From Candidatus Omnitrophota bacterium (lineage in GTDB: Bacteria; Omnitrophota; Gorgyraeia; Duberdicusellales; Duberdicusellaceae), in contig JAFGCB010000029.1 in the NCBI GenBank assembly GCA_016932855.1, positions 2,547-66,546 on the forward strand: a stretch of 64,000 bases of DNA, read 5' to 3'. The stretch's first letter is position 1. Each line of letters opens with the position of its first letter. The position numbers and the translations under genes are program-made. Shown in pieces: positions 28,892-37,999 of this stretch. The notes under the pieces are model-generated. The model was not told the origin of the DNA. It made no database searches and worked only from the letters and a program-made list of their open reading frames with translations.

Positions 28892-29509
28892 TTATAATAG
28901 CATGAGTCTGCGTATAGCGATACAGATAAACCAGATTCCGGTAATAATAGAGGTTATCCTGGCTGCTGATTTTACGTTTTCAAAGCGAGCAAGAAATCCC
29001 GAGAATAAAAAAGGCAGGATAAATACGCTGGTTGCGAAAAAGAAGAAAATAAAAAAGATTAGACTTTTTTCTATTTCACCGACACTTAGGACATAACTCG
29101 TTGCTAAAAGAAAAGGCGGACAGAGGTTAACTCCGGTTAAGAATCCTATTATCAGTAAATGTCGGGGTTTTTGAAGATAATCTTCTTTTATAGGGCATAA
29201 TTTTAAATTAGGTAAGTTTCGGGCCAGTCCGTATAAAATCATTATAACCCCCAGGGTAATGAAAAGAGCCGGCACAATCCTTGTTTGGAAAAAAAGGGCT
29301 TTTTTAGTATGATAGCCGATAAGACCTAGGCTTAGGCCAAAAAGACAATAGGCTAAAAATCTTCCTAAGGTAAAAAGTCCCACAGAGATTACCGAGGCTT
29401 TAAAGCCGGGGTCTTTGCGCGAAAGCATAAGAGTCCCCAGGATCGGCGCGCAATGCCCCAGGCAGAAAATTCCGCTCGAAAACCCAAGAGCCAGAGCTTT
29501 AAGAATCAT
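28892..29509 (-). CDS. DsbD_2/TauE-SafE-like membrane protein
   Basis: CLGHCAP, GRFLAY and GVNLCPP motifs; 6 TMs. Confidence 0.75.
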   Translation of the reverse strand: MILKALALGFSSGIFCLGHCAPILGTLMLSRKDPGFKASVISVGLFTLGRFLAYCLFGLSLGLIGYHTKKALFFQTRIVPALFITLGVIMILYGLARNLPNLKLCPIKEDYLQKPRHLLIIGFLTGVNLCPPFLLATSYVLSVGEIEKSLIFFIFFFFATSVFILPFLFSGFLARFENVKSAARITSIITGIWFICIAIRRLMLL

Positions 29510-29990
29510 TGAACAATTTTTCTAGCTTCTTTCTGCCTTCTTGGCTTACCATACCTGGATGCCAGGGAGTTTTCCAGTCAATATTGATTTCTACCCTTTT
29601 GATATCCGAGGCTTTTTTAATATGTTCTTTAATCTCCAGGACTAAAATATCAAGAAAGGGGCAAAAAGGCGAAGTAGGAATTAGCGTAATGTAAGCTTCG
29701 CCGGATTTATTTAGATTCACCTTTCTTACCAGGCCCAAATCAACTATATTTAATCCTATTTCAGGATCTTTTATCTCTTTAAGAAGAGTAAGGATATCGC
29801 CGGCTTCAACAGCTTTAATTATTGTATTTTTTACGGGTTTAAAGTCTTTTATTTTCCGGGTGTTAGGAAGTTTATGTAAATAAAAACCGATAAGACAGAG
29901 CAGAATAATTAATCCTACCCGGATAAAAATCCGGGCCGGGGATAATTTCTTAAGAAATGTCGGGTTATTGCCATTCTTCGGTTGTTTCAT
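29499..29990 (-). CDS. DUF59/MIP18 (SufT-like) protein with N-terminal TM
   Basis: IKDPEIGLNIVDLGLV, TSPFCP, PWHPGMVS. Confidence 0.88.
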   Translation of the reverse strand: MKQPKNGNNPTFLKKLSPARIFIRVGLIILLCLIGFYLHKLPNTRKIKDFKPVKNTIIKAVEAGDILTLLKEIKDPEIGLNIVDLGLVRKVNLNKSGEAYITLIPTSPFCPFLDILVLEIKEHIKKASDIKRVEINIDWKTPWHPGMVSQEGRKKLEKLFNDS

Positions 29991-30441
29991 CCTGGGAAAG
30001 TTCTTCTTCCAGATTTTTGAAAATTAGCTTGGCAGCAAACTCGGCTAAATTGATATTCCCGCAGGCAATATCAACCTGCGTTTTTCCAGGCCCCGTTTCT
30101 TTAAAGAATATCCCTACTTCGGTAGTATCAATGCAGTTTTTAAAAATACCGTTGAAATTTTTAGCTGAGATTATTCCTTCTGGGAGGCTTTCATAGTAGA
30201 CAGAGACTCCCGTTTCGCATAAAACCTTTTTAGTCCGGGTAAAACAGTCGGAATAGGAATAATTGAAGTTTTGGCTGTAACGGCCTTTTTGGCCTTTTTC
30301 AGGCTGGGTCACTTCAGTGCCGATTATATAGCGATAACAGCCGCAGAGTAAAAAGATAACTATAAAAGAAAGGCAGCTATTCTTAAAAAGTTTGCCCTTA
30401 TTCATTTTGCAGGTTGATTTAAGGCTAATAGGCATAAGCAT
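29965..30441 (-). CDS. Putative lipoprotein
   Basis: Hydrophobic stretch ending LCGC; start probably downstream of the track start. Confidence 0.65.
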   Translation of the reverse strand: MLMPISLKSTCKMNKGKLFKNSCLSFIVIFLLCGCYRYIIGTEVTQPEKGQKGRYSQNFNYSYSDCFTRTKKVLCETGVSVYYESLPEGIISAKNFNGIFKNCIDTTEVGIFFKETGPGKTQVDIACGNINLAEFAAKLIFKNLEEELSQDETTEEWQ

Positions 30442-32134
30442 TCAGGACGTACTGTTGTACCATTCGGTGGGTGTTAAAGAAAGAAGCGTTGATAGCTATA
30501 GCGTGGCGCATTATTTCAATCCATCTGTCACGGTTTTGATAAAAAGTAGGGATGATTATTTTTTCCAGTTTATCATAGAGTGAATGAGCGTTGTCGTGGT
30601 CAATGCTTTCGGTTTCCGTCGCTGTTCCTATCGACCACCCGGTAAGTCCTTCTATACAGCCCTCTATCCACCAGCCGTCAAGGACGCTAAGGCTGGGAAT
30701 CCCGTTAAGAGCGGCTTTCATGCCTGAGGTTCCTGAGGCTTCCTGGGGCTTGCGCGGCGTATTAAGCCATAAATCAGCGCCCGAGATAAGGATTTTAGCC
30801 AGGTCAATGTCGTAATTATCAAGATAGACTATTTTGATTTGGTCTTTTAGGTGCTGGGCGACGTTAAATATTCTTTTTACCATTTCTTTGCCCGGCCAGT
30901 CTTTGGGATGAGATTTTCCGGCGAAAATAAACTGCAGCTTGCCTATATTCTGGGTGATATGAACGAGTCGGCCTGTATCATAAAAGACCAAGTCCGCCCG
31001 CTTGTAAGCCGTGGCTCTTCGGGCAAAGCAAATAGTAAGGCAGTCACAGTCCATGCCGGAGTTTGTTTTGGCGTTTACGTATTCGATTAAGAGCTTTTTT
31101 GACTCTTGGTGCGCGCTCCAAAGTTCTTCTTTAGGGATATTAAGAGCGTAGCGCAGGCTGAAGGGGTCGTTTATCCAACCCCAGATGTATTGGTCATAGA
31201 GCTTCTTAAAGCTCTCGGAGGTCCAGGTGTATGAATGTACCCCGTTAGTAATCGAATCGATGTGATAGCCGGGAAACATTTCACGGGAAACCTTTCCGTG
31301 AGCTTTAGCAACCCCGTTTACATAATGGCTCAGGTTAAGGGCTAGAAGAGTCATGTTAAGCTTTTCTTCTCCGCCGACGCTCTTTAAAAAATTAACGGGA
31401 ATGAAGTCGCCGAGAAGCTGGCAGACTAAATCATAAGAAAATTGGTCGTGTCCCGTGGGAACCGGCGTATGGGTGGTAAATACGCACATTCTTCTTATGC
31501 CGTCTATGTCCCATATTGGTTCGTGTTCTCTTTTGCGTTGATTTAAGAGTTCAAGAGTAAGAAGGCTGGAGTGTCCTTCGTTCATATGATAGCGGCTGAG
31601 ACGATGATAGCCCAGCTCTTTGAGCATTCTTACCCCGCCTATTCCTAAGACTACTTCTTGGGCAAGCCGGTATTTTTCGTCTCCCCCATAAAGATAATGA
31701 GTTAAGCGCCGGTCATATTCGCTGTTTTGGGCAATATCCGTATCTAAGAATATAACCGGAGCATGATGACCGCTTATCCCCTTTATTCTATATTGCCAGG
31801 CTTGTATCCAGACGGTTCTTGACTCGATGGTTACGCTTACTTTCTTCGGCAGGAGTCTTAAGAATTTCTTGGGCGTCCAGTCGTAGGGATGTTCTTCTTG
31901 ATCGCCGTATTCATTTAATTTTTGATAAAAATATCCTTTTCTATAGAGCAGGCTTACCCCGATTACCGGAACGCTTAAATCAGCGCAGGATTTCAGTGTA
32001 TCAGCCGCAAGTATGCCTAATCCTCCGCTGTAGGTGCGGATTCTGGAATCTATGCCTATTTCCATAGAGAAGTAAGCAATCTGCACTTCTGTTTTACGGA
32101 CTTTTCTGAATTTAATCCTTTTTTGGTTATCCAT
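30425..32134 (-). CDS. glgP: Alpha-glucan (glycogen) phosphorylase
   Basis: AYFSMEIG, YSGGLGILA, MNEGH, FTTHTP, RRATAYKR, EASGTSGMKA (PLP Lys). Confidence 0.95.
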   Translation of the reverse strand: MDNQKRIKFRKVRKTEVQIAYFSMEIGIDSRIRTYSGGLGILAADTLKSCADLSVPVIGVSLLYRKGYFYQKLNEYGDQEEHPYDWTPKKFLRLLPKKVSVTIESRTVWIQAWQYRIKGISGHHAPVIFLDTDIAQNSEYDRRLTHYLYGGDEKYRLAQEVVLGIGGVRMLKELGYHRLSRYHMNEGHSSLLTLELLNQRKREHEPIWDIDGIRRMCVFTTHTPVPTGHDQFSYDLVCQLLGDFIPVNFLKSVGGEEKLNMTLLALNLSHYVNGVAKAHGKVSREMFPGYHIDSITNGVHSYTWTSESFKKLYDQYIWGWINDPFSLRYALNIPKEELWSAHQESKKLLIEYVNAKTNSGMDCDCLTICFARRATAYKRADLVFYDTGRLVHITQNIGKLQFIFAGKSHPKDWPGKEMVKRIFNVAQHLKDQIKIVYLDNYDIDLAKILISGADLWLNTPRKPQEASGTSGMKAALNGIPSLSVLDGWWIEGCIEGLTGWSIGTATETESIDHDNAHSLYDKLEKIIIPTFYQNRDRWIEIMRHAIAINASFFNTHRMVQQYVLNAYAY

Positions 32135-32198
32135 GCTTGGAAAGCTTAATTACCAGCTTATTTGCATTATTTAAAGTATGTGTCTATACTTTAATGTT

Positions 32199-32373
32199 CA
32201 ATGATCAATCCCGAATGACGAATACAATATTTAAATCCCAATGTCAAGTACTACCAATACTACCAAACAAATCCCAAACCCCAAATTCAAAAAAGTTTTT
32301 TGGTTTCTTTGGGATTTGGTAGTATTGGGATTTTGGATTTTATTAGTCATTAGTTATTTAAACATTAGTCATT
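32199..32373. repeat. Nested foldback element of short repeats
   Basis: Outer arms AATGA(C)..AA / TTAGTCATT; inner arms AAATCCCAA, TACTACCAA / TTGGGATTT, TTGGTAGTA. Confidence 0.75.
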
Positions 32374-32430
32374 AACGAGGCGAAGCGCAAAAGATTGTTT
32401 ACATATTACACTTGTTTTATACAAGATAGG

Positions 32431-32955
32431 CTATTTCTTCCCGGTTGTAAGCTGTATAAAATTAACTATGCTTAAGATTCCTATACCCAGATAGGACCAT
32501 AAGGTAAGCCAGAGTCCTGTTCCTATTGTTATCTGGAGAACAAGTTTATCAAGGTCGGTTGTCTTTATTTTGTAAACCGCAACGGCGAATATAGCTATGC
32601 CTAGAATACCCACGATTAAATTAAGCCAGCGATTTTTACCGAGAACTAAGTTTAATATAAGTATGACCACTGCCAGAAGGGGTATAGACCATATTAAGTA
32701 GCTTTTCTTGTCGGCATTCTCTATTTTGGGGTTAAATATTTTTATTATGCTTATCATCAGGCGTGATTCATTACTGTTAGCCATTACCGGAACGCTATAA
32801 GCGCTTATAGCGTCGATTTTTTCCTGGCGTTTTCCGGTAAGTATTTCCGTGACTGCTCCCGCAGCCTTTGATTGGACGCTTACCCAGGGAAGAAAGAACG
32901 CTACAGCTATAATTGCCACTAGCACGATTAATGCAGCTTTCGATATATTCTCCAT
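32431..32955 (-). CDS. Four-TM membrane protein
   Basis: FFLPWVS motif, hydrophobic helices, AGGAGG RBS. Confidence 0.8.
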   Translation of the reverse strand: MENISKAALIVLVAIIAVAFFLPWVSVQSKAAGAVTEILTGKRQEKIDAISAYSVPVMANSNESRLMISIIKIFNPKIENADKKSYLIWSIPLLAVVILILNLVLGKNRWLNLIVGILGIAIFAVAVYKIKTTDLDKLVLQITIGTGLWLTLWSYLGIGILSIVNFIQLTTGKK

Positions 32956-32976
32956 TTCTAACCTCCTTTTTTCGGC

Positions 32977-33321
32977 TTATTTACCTAAGCCCTCCAGTTT
33001 TTTGGTTACTTCGTCCATTGCGCCTTTGGCTTGCTGGGCTAAGGCTTCTTTTGCCTTTTCCAGCAGATTTTTAGCCGCAGTTGAATCCTTATCAAGATAG
33101 CCTAGAATATATTGAGCTACGTCAATAGCGCTCTGGAATTCTTTTGAAGCCTGAAAGGTTTTTGCTTGTCCTATCAAATAATCTACTTTTTCTTTTACAG
33201 TTCCCATTGATTTTGCGATTTCAATAGCCTGGCTGCTTGATTCTGCTTTGTTCTGTGAGCACCCCGTACTTAGGCTTAAGACTAGACCAGCGATCGCTAG
33301 AATAACCCAGAAATTTCTCAT
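32977..33321 (-). CDS. Lipoprotein, helical
   Basis: Lipobox STGC, AAGGAGG RBS. Confidence 0.82.
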   Translation of the reverse strand: MRNFWVILAIAGLVLSLSTGCSQNKAESSSQAIEIAKSMGTVKEKVDYLIGQAKTFQASKEFQSAIDVAQYILGYLDKDSTAAKNLLEKAKEALAQQAKGAMDEVTKKLEGLGK

Positions 33322-33339
33322 AGGTCAACCTCCTTGTTT

Positions 33340-34146
33340 CTATTCGTTATAAATATGGATATCGTTTTGGGGGAAAGGAATGGTAATTCCGTTCTTTTCC
33401 AGCTCTAGCTTACCCTTTTCCAAGGTGTCAAAGTAGACATTCCAGTAGTCGCCGGGCTTTACCCAAGGCCGGCAGACAAGATTAACGCTACTGTCGCCTA
33501 ATTCGGATACAGCAACAACCGGCTTAGGTTCTTTAAGTACGCGGGGGTCGGCTGATACCACCTTTTCCAGGGTTTCTTTGGCGGCTTTTATATTATCGCT
33601 ATACGAGATTCCAAAGGTCAAATCGATTCTTCGTTTTTCTATAGCCGAGAAATTGGAAATAATTCCGCCGGTAATTTGAGCATTAGGAACCACAATGCGT
33701 CTATTGTCGGGGTGATTCAGTATGGTATTAAAAATCTGGATTTCTACTACAGTGCCCATGGTGCCGGCCGCATCGATGAAATCACCGACTTTAAAGGGTT
33801 TAAAAATGATAAGCATAACACCGGCAGCAAAGTTAGCAAGGGAGCCTTGCAGGGCAAGTCCGACAGCTAAACCCGCAGCGCCGATTACCGCGATAAAAGA
33901 AGTGGTTTGTATTCCTAATTTCCCCAAGGCCGCGATGACTACAAAGAGTAAAAGGGCTACATAGCACATATGTTTGCTAAAGGCGGCTAGTGTTTTATCA
34001 GTGTTTGCCTTAATCATAATTCTTTCAATAGTCCGTGAGATTATCCCGGCTAGCCATTTACCGATTATAAAGATAACAACAGCGGCAAGCAGATTTATTC
34101 CGTAGGCCATAAGGTAGGTGTAGAATTTAGACAGTAAATCTTCCAT
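33340..34146 (-). CDS. mscS: Small-conductance mechanosensitive channel
   Basis: IGAAGLAVGLALQGSLANFAAG, PFKVGDFI, IPFPQ. Confidence 0.95.
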   Translation of the reverse strand: MEDLLSKFYTYLMAYGINLLAAVVIFIIGKWLAGIISRTIERIMIKANTDKTLAAFSKHMCYVALLLFVVIAALGKLGIQTTSFIAVIGAAGLAVGLALQGSLANFAAGVMLIIFKPFKVGDFIDAAGTMGTVVEIQIFNTILNHPDNRRIVVPNAQITGGIISNFSAIEKRRIDLTFGISYSDNIKAAKETLEKVVSADPRVLKEPKPVVAVSELGDSSVNLVCRPWVKPGDYWNVYFDTLEKGKLELEKNGITIPFPQNDIHIYNE

Positions 34147-34407
34147 AAAAACCTCCTTTTTTCATATAGATAGCTTGTATAGGCTCCCGAAGCACTCTTT
34201 TAAGACAATATTTATCTACTCAAATCGCGATGTTGTTATTTAAAGTGTATATGATACCTTGAAAAGGGCTCTAGGTCAATTTTAAAATTTAGGCCTTTTA
34301 AGGGGAGATTTCTCGGCAAATTTTTTACGAAAAACAGGCGAAAAATAGCTATTTTTTCCTAATAAAAGCCCAAAGAAAACATTTTCAAAAAAAAATCGGC
34401 CTACCCC

Positions 34408-34436
34408 TTGAAAAAACGGGGAAAATATGTTATCCT
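34408..34436 (+). promoter_or_regulatory. Sigma70 promoter with extended -10
   Basis: TTGAAA-N17-TATCCT preceded by TGT. Confidence 0.6.
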
Positions 34437-34448
34437 TTCATTCTAAAA

Positions 34449-34602
34449 ACCGGATTTACCACAGGAAAAAAGGTAGATCCGGTCTTTTTTTTTACAGGAA
34501 AATTTCAAATTAATTATGCAAGATTATCAAGTGAAGAACCGAGTTTATAGCCAATAACTGATGGTTGATGATTTTGCATTTTCAAACCAGCCGCAAAGCG
34601 GC
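34449..34602 (+). repeat. Duplicated leader, copy 1
   Basis: Hairpin ACCGGATTTACC..GGTAGATCCGGT plus T-run, and a 31-nt block TTTTGCATTTTCAAACCAGCCGCAAAGCGGC identical to 35956-35986. Confidence 0.85.
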
Positions 34603-34658
34603 TTAAGGGAAGATAGATGGGTAGTTTTAATTACAGGGAGAATGAAAGGAGGTTCGGT

Positions 34659-35624
34659 ATGAGAAAGGCTATTTACTTAAGCTTAGGAGTAATGCTCCTT
34701 CTTCAGGTGCCGGGTTTTGCGCAGGTGGGAGTAAAAAGCGATCAACCTAATGTAATCGGCGCGGCCGGTAATCAGACCATGAATGCAATGTCGCTAGAGA
34801 GTCTTAGCAATGACCAGCTTTATGCGCTGGCGAAACTTTTCTTAGTAAGTTCCAATGGGATGCAGCAAGATGGTCAATTTGGGAAGGCAATTGGGCAAAT
34901 TGACGCAGCTTTGCTTGCACTCGGTAAGATTGACGAAGCATCTTTAGATAAAGACCAGAAGTTAGAGATTGCTACTTTCAGGAAAGGCGCCGAGATTCAA
35001 AAGCTGGAAATACTCTCGGCCCAAGCAGCCGAAGCCGATGATTACGATACCGCTATTGCCTATCAAAATCAGATAGTTTCTTTAGCCAACGCGTTTATTG
35101 GCGAAGTCAGTGACAAGAGGGTTAAGGCAGAATTTACCTATACCAGAAACATGGCAGAGATTTACAAATTGACTTTAGCGGCAGGCAAGGCAGCGAAAGC
35201 TGAGGATTATGCAGGCGCCGCGGCTTTGCAAGCTCAGATAGCAGTACTTGCTGGTAAGTTTGCTGGCGAGGCGGACAGCAAGGCTCAAAAGGCCAATTAT
35301 AATTTGCAGAAACACAACGCCGAGATCACGCAAATGAATTTAACAGCTGTCCAGTTAGGTAAGGACAATAAGGTAAACGCATTGATAGACGTTTACTTGG
35401 GAGAAATTGCTAAGATTCAGCAGTTCATGGTTACTAATCCTGATGGGAAAAAGAACTATGAAATAATGCTGGATAATGCTAAATCAGGCCTTCAGGATGT
35501 TACTTTTAGCGCTCTTAACGTTGAATCTGCGGTAGACACTTTGAATTTGATTCTTCCCAAGGTAGCACCGCATATTGACCCGGTTATTTTGCAGGCAATA
35601 AAACTTCAAGCAGGAATCGAATAG
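34659..35624 (+). CDS. Secreted Ala-rich helical repeat protein
   Basis: Start MRKA at 34659 with AGGAGG; signal peptide ending GFA-Q; ~45-aa internal repeats (AEIQKL/AEIYKL/AEITQM). Confidence 0.85.
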   Translation: MRKAIYLSLGVMLLLQVPGFAQVGVKSDQPNVIGAAGNQTMNAMSLESLSNDQLYALAKLFLVSSNGMQQDGQFGKAIGQIDAALLALGKIDEASLDKDQKLEIATFRKGAEIQKLEILSAQAAEADDYDTAIAYQNQIVSLANAFIGEVSDKRVKAEFTYTRNMAEIYKLTLAAGKAAKAEDYAGAAALQAQIAVLAGKFAGEADSKAQKANYNLQKHNAEITQMNLTAVQLGKDNKVNALIDVYLGEIAKIQQFMVTNPDGKKNYEIMLDNAKSGLQDVTFSALNVESAVDTLNLILPKVAPHIDPVILQAIKLQAGIE

Positions 35625-35661
35625 TAATTCTTCCATGATCTTTGCAGATTAACGATTAAAA

Positions 35662-35700
35662 TAAAAAACCGCCCTTTGTTAAGGGAGGGGCGGTTTTTTA
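35662..35700 (+). terminator. Intrinsic (bidirectional) terminator
   Basis: TAAAAAACCGCCC..GGGCGGTTTTTTA. Confidence 0.85.
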
Positions 35701-35839
35701 TTTTAAGTCTAGTAAAAGTTAAAATTAACAATTAACAATGCAAAATTAGCAATTCCAGTAATTAATAGTTGTTAATCGTTGTCTTTGTAGAAATGCTTTC
35801 TCCCCTTTTAAAATCAGGAAATAGTTCTTTAAATATAAG

Positions 35840-35986
35840 CCGGATTTAACACAGGAAAAAAGGTAAATCCGGTCTCTTTATTTATAGGGAAAAGTTAAAT
35901 TTAGCAATGAGTAATTAACAATTCAAAATGCTAATTGATAACTGATAATTGATAGTTTTGCATTTTCAAACCAGCCGCAAAGCGGC
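35840..35986 (+). repeat. Duplicated leader, copy 2
   Basis: CCGGATTTAACACAGGAAAAAAGGTAAATCCGG plus the same 31-nt block. Confidence 0.85.
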
Positions 35987-36002
35987 GTAATGGGAGGTTT
36001 TT

Positions 36003-36845
36003 ATGAGAAAGGCGTTGATTCTGGCAATAGGGTTAGGGTTCATTATGCAAGGCGTAAGTTTCGCGCAGACGCCCCTTGGTAAGCCTTTGCCTGAAATATC
36101 CCAAGCAGGTTCTTCATTTAATTCCGGTCCGGAAATGCTTCAGGAGGTGCTTACTCCGGATAGCTTGTATTTAGTCCAGTTAGGTGTGGGTTCTCATAGC
36201 GTTGATCATCTAGAGTGCGTTTGGCCTATGGGCACACAAGTAAGTACCGGAAAAGGCGGGGTAGCAGTCAGCTTATTTTACGATGAGGTTCCACATCCTA
36301 TTACTGGCGCGGTAACTACCCAGGAGCGTTTGCAGGTCGATGCAGTAATTTTTGATGGTAAGGGTAAGCCCAGAGTCAGCTTTAATGAATGGGTAAGAAT
36401 CGAGTCTAAGGAAGGAAAGACTCAGGTGATAAGTGTATATACCGCGGCCCAGTATTTACAGAAAAAAGGTAAAGAAGCAGAGCCAGTGGCCCAGATTTTT
36501 ATAATGAGTAAAAAAGGGCAAGATATCGTAGAATTTGTCGTAACCGGTTTGACTTCAGGCCCTAATCCCGAAGCCTTAGTCGTACAGGCGAAACTAAACA
36601 GAGAAGTTGGAAAGATGGGAGTTTCGGAATTTTATGATATCGTAAGCGTAGAGCCAGGGTCGCATAATGTAATAGAAGGAGATGCTATTCAGGTTATGTA
36701 TCAAGAGAATGGTTTGCCGATGGACGCAAGGCTTCATCGCACCGGCGAGGATCATTATGTTCCCCTTCTTTATGCGCCTGGCATAACATTCGACGGAACA
36801 ACTCCTTACGAGAATTTTAAGTTACCTAGCAAGATAATGGAATAG
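36003..36845 (+). CDS. Secreted protein, unknown function
   Basis: GGGAGG RBS; signal MRKALILAIGLGFIMQGVSFA-Q. Confidence 0.85.
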   Translation: MRKALILAIGLGFIMQGVSFAQTPLGKPLPEISQAGSSFNSGPEMLQEVLTPDSLYLVQLGVGSHSVDHLECVWPMGTQVSTGKGGVAVSLFYDEVPHPITGAVTTQERLQVDAVIFDGKGKPRVSFNEWVRIESKEGKTQVISVYTAAQYLQKKGKEAEPVAQIFIMSKKGQDIVEFVVTGLTSGPNPEALVVQAKLNREVGKMGVSEFYDIVSVEPGSHNVIEGDAIQVMYQENGLPMDARLHRTGEDHYVPLLYAPGITFDGTTPYENFKLPSKIME

Positions 36846-36934
36846 TCTTTGACGCAGATGGCCGCAGATTGATTACTTAATTTTGAATTGATAATTTGAT
36901 ATTTTCAAATACGCTGCGTAGTGGGAGGCATTTT

Positions 36935-37150
36935 GTGAAAGAGAAAAAATATGTAGTTGAGCAAGCTGTATATGGAGAGTTGTTTCAGCTTATGCTTTTT
37001 AAATTTCCTGTCTTGATGAAAGCAGTTATGGATAGAGGTAACTCTGCTTTTGAGCAAAGTACATATGGTTGGGTAAAAGATTACCTTCCTCCGCTCTACC
37101 GTAAGGCATTGGAATCGCAAACACCGGGATTAAACGAAACAAAGTATTGA
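36935..37150 (+). CDS. Small hypothetical protein
   Basis: GTG at 36935 preceded by GGGAGG, within track ORF 36896-37150. Confidence 0.5.
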   Translation: MKEKKYVVEQAVYGELFQLMLFKFPVLMKAVMDRGNSAFEQSTYGWVKDYLPPLYRKALESQTPGLNETKY

Positions 37151-37205
37151 TTTTTAATTGATAATTGTTAATTGATAATTTTGTATTTTCCAAGTCTACT
37201 GATTT

Positions 37206-37715
37206 CTATTTTAACTTAGATTCCATGACCTTAATGTCTTCTTTTATTGCTTCAAGGTCTTCTTCGTGTTCGATTTCGTCTTCAAGGATTTTTAAGGCCA
37301 TATCATAGGTTACCGGGTCTTTTCCCTGGGTGTAATCCATTATTTTCTTATACTGGGTAATCGCGCACTGCTCCCCTTTTATATTCTGTTCAAGTAAGAC
37401 CCTTACATCAGGGTCATCCGGACGGTCATAACCGCAATTTGTTTGAGCTATCCACTCTTTTGGTTCCAGGAGAGGTTTTCCTCCCAGCTGGATAATCCGG
37501 TCAGCAACCATTCCTGCATGGCGCAGTTCATCAGCTGAGTGCTGGGTAAGCTCTGCTACTACTGCTTCTTTGGGCATTCCTACTGCGACTTTTGCTCCAA
37601 TCCAGTACTGGTAATAAGCCAGCCATTCATCAGCAAAAGCTTTATTGAGCATTTTGATTAATTCATTTACCTTTACCCCGAATGACTCCAGGATTTCTCT
37701 TCCCCTTGTCCCCAT
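37206..37715 (-). CDS. DPS-like ferritin-family protein
   Basis: ADEWLAYYQYW, DELRHA, GEQCAI, EDEIEHEEDL. Confidence 0.92.
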   Translation of the reverse strand: MGTRGREILESFGVKVNELIKMLNKAFADEWLAYYQYWIGAKVAVGMPKEAVVAELTQHSADELRHAGMVADRIIQLGGKPLLEPKEWIAQTNCGYDRPDDPDVRVLLEQNIKGEQCAITQYKKIMDYTQGKDPVTYDMALKILEDEIEHEEDLEAIKEDIKVMESKLK

Positions 37716-37874
37716 GATTAATCCCCCTTTCTTGCTTTGCTATGCTTGGGTTTGTAAGCGACAATTCTATCTCTTAAAAATCTATTTTGCAAGTAATAAA
37801 TAGCATTAATTTGCCGGCATTGAATGTCACTAAGTTACTGCAGATCTCAAGTAATACAGGCCATAGACTTTTTC

Positions 37875-37968
37875 TGATCTTCGATTCTCGATTTTCGGGT
37901 GTAGCGTATCGGGTATGGGGTGTCGGGAGGATAAATACGACACCCGATGCGCGATGCCCGATGCCCGA
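37875..37968. repeat. Foldback element of heptamers (TCGGGTA / TGCCCGA type)
   Basis: gtatcgggtatggggtgtcg ... cgacacccgatgcgcgatgcccgatgcccga. Confidence 0.65.
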
Positions 37969-37999
37969 AAAAATAGGATTTAGTAGTATATAAAGCCTA

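Noticed and set aside
32137-32322. Small plus-strand ORF (also 37787-37993)
   Set aside because: Both run through foldback repeat elements and lack a convincing RBS.
34449-37195. CRISPR array or integron attC cassettes
   Set aside because: Repeats are over 1 kb apart with no regular spacers; no cas or intI genes; no RYYYAAC/GTTRRRY attC structure recognised.
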